A stretch of 14,453 nt of DNA. Source: Octopus sinensis. Taxonomy: Eukaryota. This document shows, in pieces, positions 1 to 8,119 of the stretch. Made by a program: the position numbers and the translations under genes. The stretch covers positions 1 to 14,453 of the forward strand of contig NW_021825809.1 in assembly GCF_006345805.1 (NCBI RefSeq), in the 5' to 3' direction. The notes under the pieces were generated by a model, which saw only the letters and a list, made by a program, of their open reading frames with translations, did not search any database and was not told the DNA's origin. Every line of letters begins with the position of its first letter. The stretch's first letter is position 1.

Positions 1-230
1 CACATATGTAATTACCATAAACATTTATGGATGATTTAGTGGAATGCTAATGCGTATACAAAAAAATTAATATGAACAGCTAGGTGCAAAATAATACCAT
101 AAAGGAAATATTCAATCAACACTAAATATGATTAGGGTGCTGAGACACCTATATTGTAAATAATAGTAGTAAAATATGCCTTGTGCTGTAGGAAGAGGGC
201 AAATGTATATACATACACTGACAGGGGAAA

Positions 231-662
<432 letters not shown>

Positions 663-784
663 TATATATATATATATATATGTGTGAGAGTGTGTAAATT
701 AGGATTGCCATTTCAGAATTTTAATTTTAAAAGTTATGTATGCTCTTTGTCTTTTTTTTTATTATTAACAAATATATGCTCACT

Positions 785-905
785 TGCGAGAGTCAGTAAT
801 CCAGAGGATAGAGTACGTTGCAATATTTGTTCCAGCTTCCTGCGGTCGGAGTCGAAATCCAACTGAAATTTACTGTTCCTTTTCCCCTTTCATGGGTGAT
901 AAACA
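785..905 (+). mobile_element. Highly decayed family A SINE remnant
   Basis: Loose colinear similarity (gagtcgaaatcc...ccttttcccctttcatgggtgataaa) to the family A B box and core seen at 4876-4929. Confidence 0.3.
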
Positions 906-1105
906 GACCGTTTGCCATTTGTTTTACGATAGGTCAAGAGTGTGGAAGGCAGTGAAGTTGCCTGTGTTCGCTCCGGCCTGCATGGACACTTAACAACAAT
1001 TAACGAAACTATTGTTTAGGCTAAAAATCATACTCGCTTGGGATTGAATGCTATAGTATTTATCAGCTTAGTAAATCAGAAGACACCAACAAGCAAGCCA
1101 ATGTA

Positions 1106-1646
1106 CCGTAAATCCTCGAGTATAGTCCGCCCTTGTGTATAATACGCAAGGGATTTTTAGGGGGCTGTACCTCTGAAAAATCTAAACCTTGTGTATGATA
1201 CGCACCCCTTCTCTAACTTGAGTCAATGAGGTCTATATAATGTCCTTGGTTTGTAAAAATGTATACGGTAACGCCCTTTATTATTATTGTGTATATAACA
1301 TAATGCAAACGTGTAGCTTTTTTGTGCATTTTGTTTGCAAAAAATAAAGAAATAACAGTAATATCCGTAATAACGTCTAATAAATGTTGCTTACTGCAAG
1401 TTATGGATGATGATTTACTTTGCAGTTAGATGTATTTAGCCTGACTTCAGCTTTCAAGGCTTGCTTAAGGTATTTTCGCCCCCGACATCACAATGCATAT
1501 GAATAAACATTGTGGACAGCAAATAAGAACTCGGACATTGCTTAGAAAAGATTTTTCATGTTTAACCTCGTATATAGTACGCACGAAGGATTTTGACCAT
1601 TAAATTTTGGGAAAAAAAAATGCGGATTATACTCGATGATTTATGG
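1106..1646. mobile_element. Non-autonomous DNA transposon (MITE), Tc1/mariner superfamily, pogo/Tigger-like ends
   Basis: 25-bp terminal inverted repeats CCGTAAATCCTCGAGTATAGTCCGC (1106-1130) and the reverse complement of 1622-1646 match at 22/25. TA dinucleotide on both sides (1104-1105, 1647-1648). No transposase ORF. Confidence 0.88.
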
Positions 1647-1677
1647 TATATAACTTAGATCATCTCAGGCCATTATC

Positions 1678-1689
1678 TACTACTACTAC

Positions 1690-1732
<43 letters not shown>
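1678..1732. repeat. (CTA)n trinucleotide microsatellite
   Basis: Direct reading; source of the poly-Thr in ORF 1643-1834. Confidence 0.97.
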
Positions 1733-1733
<1 letters not shown>

Positions 1734-1879
1734 GGTGTAAGATTTTAGGCAATGATTTAGGACATCGTATCCCACTCGAGCAGGGAGCTATATTTTTTGT
1801 CGAGATGCATGCGGAATGTGGGTGGTTCCCCTAGTATTACCTGGATTTATTTCTTCAGGTACCGCTTGAAAGTTCTCTT

Positions 1880-2307
1880 TTTTTCTCTTTACTCTTTTAC
1901 TTGTTTCAGTAATTTGACTGCGGCCATGCTGGAGCAACGCCTTTAATCGAGCAAATTGACTCCAGGACTTAATCTTTGTAAGCCTAGTACATATTCTATC
2001 CGTTTCTTTTGCCGAACCCCTAAATTACGGGGACGTAAACACACCGCATCGGTTGTCAAGCGATGGTGGGGAGACAAACACAGACACACCAACATATACA
2101 CACACATACATACGTATATATATATAATATATATATATATTATATATATATACATATATACCACGGGCTTCTTTCAGTTTCAGTCTACCCAAATCCACTC
2201 ACAAGGCCTGGTCGGCCCGAGGCTATAGTAGAAGACACTTGCCCAAGTGGGACTGAACCCGGAACCATGTGGTTCGTAAGCAAGCTACTTACCACACAGC
2301 CACTCCT
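1880..2307 (-). mobile_element. tRNA-derived SINE, family B, with internal microsatellite
   Basis: Reverse-complement homolog of 12375-12793: tRNA-like head, CTTGGGCAAGTGTCTT core, internal (TA)/(TG) tract at about 2091-2160, and 3' tail GACTGAAACAAGTAAAAGA-like. Confidence 0.92.
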
Positions 2308-2763
2308 GTTATGGAATCCTTTTTCTTCTTTGAGTTCGTTCGGGTTAATGTTGCATATAGCAGAACCAGTCGAGGCAAGAAATTTGTGTTTTCAATGTTA
2401 TTAAGAAAATGCGAAATGCATTTTCGCAAGAAGATGGGATATGGCTCGAGGTTCGAACCTTGGGTGAATTGTGAACCATTGTTTGTTGCAAACTGTTATT
2501 TTTGATTCACAAGCAGACATTTTCATTCCGGGTTACTTTCTAACATAACCCAATAATTTTTGAAAATTTTGTAACATTTTTTTTTTCTTCATAGAATTGA
2601 TCTGGCAAACCTGCTGACCATTGCCAAGATGGAAAACCATCACCTTACAAATCTTCATTTTACTTGAATCGTATACAAATATACAAATACACATGTGTGC
2701 ATACATTATTTACACACACACAAACATTCATACACTTTAAAACATAGACAATACAATACCTTA

Positions 2764-2975
2764 CAATATTGATTTCTGACGTTGGCACTAGGTCAAATAT
2801 TTCAGAGTGGGGGCGTAGAAAACGGTCGATTAAATCTATCTTGATTACTTGACTGGCAATTCTTATCTTTTCATACTCAGAAATATAAAAGTCAAACACT
2901 ATCTCTGCAGATTTTGAACTCAGAACGTGAAGGGTGATAGCAGCATCATTCCAAGGCCCAATGTTCAATGTCATA
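2764..2975 (-). mobile_element. Decayed family A SINE
   Basis: Minus strand reads cacgttctgagttcaaaatctgc...gatttaatcgacc...gacctagtgccaac, colinear with the family A copies at 10927-11140 and 4801-5034. Confidence 0.6.
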
Positions 2976-2990
2976 GCCATACTACATTCA

Positions 2991-2999
2991 GTAGTAGTA

Positions 3000-3032
<33 letters not shown>

Positions 3033-3050
3033 TAATAATAATAATAATAA
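2991..3050. repeat. (TAG)n(TAA)n microsatellite, likely the expanded (ATT)n tail of the adjacent SINE
   Basis: Direct reading; abuts the 3' end of the minus-strand SINE at 3051. Confidence 0.93.
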
Positions 3051-3255
3051 TTTTTTCTACTATAGGCAAATTTGTGAGGAGGAGAATCCTCTATTACATC
3101 GATCCCAGTGTTTCACTAGGACTTAATTTATCGACCCCGGAAGGATGAAAGGCAAAGTCAATCCTCGTGGAATTTGAATTCACAAAGTAGCGACCGGTGA
3201 AATACTGCTAAGCATTTCGACCAACGTGCTAACAATTCTGCCAGTCCGCTGCCTT
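3051..3255 (-). mobile_element. Family A SINE, (ATT)n-tailed subfamily
   Basis: Colinear with 4801-5034 over the head and core (atcgaccccggaaggatgaaaggcaaagtc...gtgctaacaattctgccag). The tail matches 3428-3480. Confidence 0.9.
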
Positions 3256-3258
3256 TTA

Positions 3259-3366
3259 GCACAAAAGCCAGCTATTTCGGGGGAGTGGGTACGTACATTA
3301 TATAGACCCCCGATACTTATTTTATCGGCCGCGGAAGGATGGCAGTCAAGTCATTAGCGGCATTTG
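3259..3366 (-). mobile_element. Decayed partial family A SINE
   Basis: tacttattttatcggccgcggaaggatggcagtcaagtc resembles the family A core. Confidence 0.55.
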
Positions 3367-3427
3367 ATAGTAGCCAGCTATTCACATAATTCCTATCAGG
3401 AATAAGACCGAAGCTGAGCCAAACCAA

Positions 3428-3643
3428 AATAATAATAATCCTTTCTACTAAAGGTACAAGGCTTGAAATTTGGGGGGCACTAGTCGACTACATCGACCCC
3501 AGTGTTTCAGTGGTACTTAATTTTATCGATTCCGTAAGGATGAAAGGTAAATACGCGGAATTTGAACTCAGAACGTAGCTACGGACGAAATGCTGCTAGG
3601 TATTTTGCCCGGCGTGCTAATGATTCTGCCAGCCCATCGCCTT
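3428..3643 (-). mobile_element. Family A SINE, (ATT)n-tailed subfamily
   Basis: Full head (B-box complement aatttgaactcagaac; A-box complement gattctgccagc), core and tail. TAATAATA on both flanks (3430-3437, 3643-3650). Confidence 0.92.
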
Positions 3644-3687
3644 AATAATATGGCTACTGATATCTATTGAACGCTGCTAACATAGAG

Positions 3688-3772
3688 TGAATACTGTTGA
3701 TGTATACGTTGAAAATGCTGACGTTTATGTTGAAAATGCTGACGTATATGTTGAATACTGTTGACGTGCATT
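3688..3772. repeat. Four-unit 21-22 bp minisatellite
   Basis: Units start at 3688, 3710, 3731 and 3752: tgaatactgttgatgtatacgt / tgaaaatgctgacgtttatgt / tgaaaatgctgacgtatatgt / tgaatactgttgacgtgcatt. Confidence 0.85.
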
Positions 3773-4019
3773 TGATATTGATGATCAAGCAGTGCACTCC
3801 CGGATGAAAGCATTTCACTTCTGAAGTGTGAATAACGAAAGATGAAAGTGAATTCAAACCAGTCTTTCATTTATTTAATGCTACACAGACATCTGGCAGA
3901 AATATAAAGATAGTTGTTTAGAAAACTATTTATTTACTGTAGCGGCACCAAAGTAGCAACTGTAGAATCTCGAGGAAATTAAATAAATATTTCCATATAA
4001 TATGATGATGATGACGATG

Positions 4020-4163
4020 GATTAGCAGAATCGTTAGATCGTCGGACAATATGTCTTGCAGTATTTAGTTACGTATATTTACTTTCTAAGTTAAAATTAT
4101 GCCGAAATCACTTTTGCCTTTTACCCTTCGTCTTCATCAGAGCTGATAAAATAAAATGCCAGT
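4020..4163 (+). mobile_element. Decayed family A SINE
   Basis: gcagaatcgttag...ctaagttaaaattatgccga...ttttgccttttaccc...gataaaataaaatgccagt is colinear with family A. Confidence 0.55.
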
Positions 4164-4262
4164 CAAATACTAATGTTGGCGGTATCGAAGAAATCCCTCA
4201 CCTCAGAATGATTGATTTATTGCATAAACCAGAAACATTTATTATTTATTACATTTCCTCCC

Positions 4263-4537
4263 AGAATACTTTTGGGCAGTGACTCATGGGGCATTTTGTA
4301 AATTGTGATAACTTTATGGATTTGGTTCTCGATAATTGGTGTATTTGGACTTTCAGCTTTTCTAGTGTTGCAGCATTTGTTACCCTGGGGGAAGAGATCA
4401 CGAAGCAATGAGAGCAAAGACGTTTGTGGACTAATGACATCAAAGAATTGAGTGGAAGCTGGAGTCTGGCTGCTTGTATGCATGCTGCTGAAAACGAAAG
4501 GGACCGGACACAGGGAGTGCACCTAGTGGATGATGAT
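4263..4537 (+). mobile_element. Decayed 3' end of an RTE-clade LINE (RT C-terminus plus short repeat tail)
   Basis: 4415-4501 translates QRRLWTNDIKELSGSWSLAACMHAAENER, resembling the RTE C-terminal GRxRxRWxDxIKEWxG...A.DR motif. An upstream YFGH-like remnant (tatttggac, 4342-4350) needs frameshifts. Ends in (GAT)3 at 4529-4537. Assignment is from recalled motifs. Confidence 0.5.
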
Positions 4538-4550
4538 ATTATGTAACTAC

Positions 4551-4795
4551 GTGGAGGCGCGTGGCTTAGTGGTTAGGGCGTCAGCATCATGATCGTAAGA
4601 TTGTGATTTCGATTCCTGGACCGGGCGACGCGTTGAGCAAAACACTTTATTTCACGTTGCTCCAGTCCACTCATCTGGCAAAAATGAGTAACGCTGCGAT
4701 GGACTGGCGTCCCGTCCGGTTGGGGAACACATACGCCATAGAAACCGGGAAACCGGGCCCATGAGCCTGGCTAGGCTTTAAAAGGGTGCATTTAT
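4551..4795 (+). mobile_element. tRNA-derived SINE, family C (tail type 1)
   Basis: A box TGGCTTAGTGG and B-box-like GATTTCGATTCC. The head and central segment are shared with the minus-strand copy at 6190-6332. Confidence 0.88.
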
Positions 4796-4800
4796 TAGAT

Positions 4801-5034
4801 AAGGCGGCGAGCTGGCAGAAACGTTAGCACGCCGGGCGAAATGCGTAGCCGTATTTCGTCTGCCGTTACGTTCTGAGTTCAAATTCCGCCGAGGTTGACT
4901 TTGCCTTTCATCCTTTCGGGGTCGATAAATAAAGTACCAGTTACGCACTGGGGTCGATGTAATCGACTTAATCCGTTTGTCTGTCCTTGTTTGTCCCCTC
5001 TGTGTTTAGCCCCTTGTGGGTAGTAAAGAAATAG
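4801..5034 (+). mobile_element. Family A SINE, young full-length copy
   Basis: A-box-like TGGCAGAAACG, B-box-like GAGTTCAAATTCC, core gcctttcatcctttcggggtcgataaa. Near-identical to the units at 6543-7147. Confidence 0.93.
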
Positions 5035-5887
5035 ATATTATGTAACAACTTGCACTAAACTATAAAACTACATACATTTTCTGTTCATCTGTAGAATAGG
5101 AACCAATGTTAACTATATCTTTCAATGTATCTTTTACTGTACATAGAACGACGGTGCACAAATCTGTAAGCAGTTCATGAGTTGGTAGTGATTTATCGGG
5201 TTTTTGTGTAACTGCTTCATCAATGATCAGAGTGGAGAAGTAGGAGAATATTCAAGAATACTCATACTTTCAGTTAGACTTATAAGGTCATTGGTATAGA
5301 GAGCATAGAATAGCCACTGATTCTCTTGAGTATCCACAGACATTTGAAAATATCTCTTTCTCTTATACTCAAAACAAGTAATATAAAAATGGCTGCCCAT
5401 AGGGTGCGATCATGTCGCGCAAAATTTCAGCTGCAAATTCTTCAATTACAGCGAAACGCACCAGCGCTAGAGGATTCCATTTCAGAAGTTGGATTAATTA
5501 CAGAATTCAAAAATCCTTCTTTAGTGATTTCAAAGGCAGCTACTGCACTAGTTTCTAAATGACGAGTGTTGTGAGAAGCCCGTTAGCCTTTCCTCGATAC
5601 TTCTTACAAAAAGCCTGATTAATGGCTGAAGTCAACACAAAAATTTTGTTTTTGTCAATAGCTGAAAAAGACGCCTGTTATAAATTAATCGTGAATAAAT
5701 TGGCCCCTCTATAGTTTGGGTACGGCACATTTGTAGATTAATAGTTAAATTGAGATATCATATTTAACAACAGTCTCCGTGGTCAACTGCTTGCGAGTGG
5801 TGAGCTTGTGTCGTACGATTTCATGACGGTTGAAAGAGTATAATTTTTATTTTTATTATTTTTAGGTGGGAAGAAATGGAGATTACA

Positions 5888-5944
5888 TGTGCATTTTAAG
5901 AGTCGCTAGGCCCTTCGAGAGTAGCTTTATGCTACATAAAGACA
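5888..5944 (+). repeat. 57-bp dispersed repeat, copy 1
   Basis: 50/57 identical, ungapped, to 8063-8119 (hand alignment). Confidence 0.85.
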
Positions 5945-6060
5945 AAAGTCCATGACTTATAAAGCTTACATTGGATTGTTGAGGTTGCATTCCGCGCTCC
6001 ATCCCGGTGATTGTGACTTTTTTTAGTAATGTAAAGTAGTGGGAGTAACAAAATATAAAA

Positions 6061-6332
6061 GAACAGCCGGCTCGTGAAATTAATGTGCAAGTAGCTGAGC
6101 GTTCCATACACACGCATACCCTAAAGGTACCTCAGGGAGGTTCAGTGTGACACAGAATATGATAAGTCTGACCCTTTGAAATGCAAGTACAACTCGTTTT
6201 TGTCAGCCGAGTGGACTAGAGCAACGTGAAAATAAAGTGTCTTGTTCAAGGACAATACGCGCCGCCGGAAATCGAACTCGCGACCTCACGAACGTGAGCC
6301 GATTTCCCTAACCATTGAAATACGCGTCTTCA
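6061..6332 (-). mobile_element. tRNA-derived SINE, family C head and core with a different 3' tail (tail type 2)
   Basis: 6190-6332 is the reverse complement of the 4551-4690 head/core. 6061-6189 is unrelated to the 4690-4795 tail. Anticodon-like loop contains ACG (tRNA-Arg-like). Confidence 0.87.
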
Positions 6333-6542
6333 ATGTAAAAGGTAATTTCAATGAAACTCCAAGCTACTACAAGATGAAATCACGTAGCTTCAGCGATAAG
6401 TGTATAAAGGAGTCTAAAGGAGTAATAATAGCAGTTGAAGCGGTTGTAATCGCTGTTTCATGGGGTTTCTGGAACTGTTTCTCTTGTTATTATGACATAG
6501 CATTATTTATCACAAATTATAGCAATTTCATCAACATTTTCT

Positions 6543-7147
6543 TATTTCTTTATTACCCACAAGGGGCTACACACAAAGGGGACAAACAAGGACAGACAAA
6601 CGGATAAAGTCGATTACATCGACCCCAGTGCGTAACTGGTACTTATTTAATCGACCCCGAAAGGATGAAAGGCAAAGTCGACCTCGGCGAAATTTGAACT
6701 CAGAACGTAGCGGCAGACGAAATACCTATTCCTTTACTACACACAAGGGGCTAAACACAGAGGGAACAAACAAGGACAGACATAAGTATTAAGTCGATTA
6801 CATCGACCCCAGTGCGTAACTGGTACTTATTTAATCGACCCCGAAAGGAAGGATGAAAGGCAAAGTCGACCTCGGTGGAATTTGAACTCAGAACGTAGTG
6901 GCAGACGAAATACCTATTCCTTTACTACCCACAAGGGGATAAACACAGAGGGGACAAACAAGGACAGGCAAACGGATTAAGTCGATTACATCGATCCCAG
7001 TGCGTAACTGGTACTTATTTAATCGACCCCGAAAGGATGAAAGGCAAAGTCGACCTCGGTGGAATTCGAACTCAGAACGTAGCGGCAGACGAAATACCGC
7101 TTAGCATTTCGCTCGGCGTGCTAACGTTTCTGCCAGCTCGCCGCCTT
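6543..7147 (-). mobile_element. Head-to-tail trimer of family A SINE inside one 17-bp target-site duplication
   Basis: Units 6914-7147 (full), 6726-6913 and 6542-6725 (both 5'-truncated at the same base). TTTCATCAACATTTTCT occurs at 6526-6542 and 7148-7164. Confidence 0.95.
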
Positions 7148-7355
7148 TTTCATCAACATTTTCTGACTTCCTAGACAAAGACAAAAATGTCATCCCTACC
7201 TCATGTACTTTTAAATAAACATCCTAATTAAAAGCAAGTATTTAAAATTCCATGAATGTTTCCAATCCACACAGTCGTATCAGAAACATGTGAAATATAA
7301 AATAGCATTATATCATTAGTAAGAATATCCCGTATAATTCATGAGAAAGACCAAC

Positions 7356-7457
7356 TCAAATCGATCCTAGTACGTATTTAGTACTCATTTTATTGAAATC
7401 CCTAGCAGAGAGAAAAAAACCCAACAAATTCGACACCTATGGGATTTAATTGCAGAA
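7356..7457 (-). mobile_element. Highly decayed family A remnant
   Basis: atcgatcctagtacgtatttagtactcattttattga...gggatttaattgcagaa is loosely colinear with family A. Confidence 0.35.
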
Positions 7458-7730
7458 GTGATGAAACTGATGAAACTAAAAACCACACAGCTCTCAGCTG
7501 TTCCTGATATGCAATTGTCCTTTTCATGTAACCAATATTAGGTTGCGCGCGTGGAGAGAGGGGAGATGTAGACGAAATCAGTACAGTGCAGCGGACTACA
7601 ATACCGAAAAGTGTTTAGTTTGGCTGAAGTTTGCATACATTGTCTTTTTCCCAAAGGGAGCAATAAAATGTAGGACGATCTTAAACTACAGTTGACTCAT
7701 TCAACTATTCTTCTATTCATTAAATATACT

Positions 7731-7757
7731 GGCACTCCGTCGGTTACGACGACGAGG
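7731..7757 (-). mobile_element. Probable extreme 3'-terminal fragment of the family C tail-type-2 SINE
   Basis: ggcactccgtcggttacgacgacgagg matches my recollection of the terminus of the element seen at 6061-6332. There is no second copy in this window to verify it. Confidence 0.35.
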
Positions 7758-7766
7758 GGGGGGGTC

Positions 7767-7883
7767 TATGTATGTATGTATGTATGTATGTATGTATGTA
7801 TGCATGTATGTATGTATGTATGCATGTATGTATGTATGTATGTATGTATGTATGTATGTATGTATCTATCTATCTATATATAT

Positions 7884-7943
<60 letters not shown>

Positions 7944-8013
7944 TAAAGAGAGAGAGAGAGAGAGAAAGAGAGATAGATAGATAGATACATACATACATAT
8001 ATACATACATATA
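7767..8013. repeat. Compound microsatellite (TATG)n(TATC)3(TA)n(GA)n(GATA)4(CATA)n
   Basis: Direct reading; explains ORFs 7692-8144. Confidence 0.97.
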
Positions 8014-8062
8014 TGCACATATGCAAGGTTTGTAAGCACACGCATGCTTACCAACCAATTCC

Positions 8063-8119
8063 TGTGCATTTTAAGAATCACTAGCCCCTTCAAGAGTAGC
8101 TTTATACCGCATAAAGACA
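8063..8119 (+). repeat. 57-bp dispersed repeat, copy 2
   Basis: 50/57 identical to 5888-5944. Confidence 0.85.

Noticed and set aside
2660-2980. 106-aa minus-strand ORF with a protein-like middle
   Set aside because: It is colinear with the family A SINE consensus and ends in (TG)-like repeats, so the ORF is fortuitous.
4286-4335. Peptide MGHFVNCDNFMDLVLDN resembling the Sm1 motif of LSm4
   Set aside because: An in-frame stop lies immediately upstream, there is no Sm2 motif, and the segment fits better as part of the RTE-like remnant.
5330-5640. Tyrosine-recombinase-like impression (HNTRH...LRDMIAP...YY) in the minus-strand fragments
   Set aside because: Motif spacing is wrong and it needs several frameshifts; too weak to name.
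5462-5661. Splicing the two phase-1 minus-strand exon candidates together
   Set aside because: The direct junction creates TAA and the intron would be only 53 nt.
6542-7147. CRISPR-like or satellite array
   Set aside because: Units are ~184-bp SINE copies with no unique spacers, in eukaryotic context.
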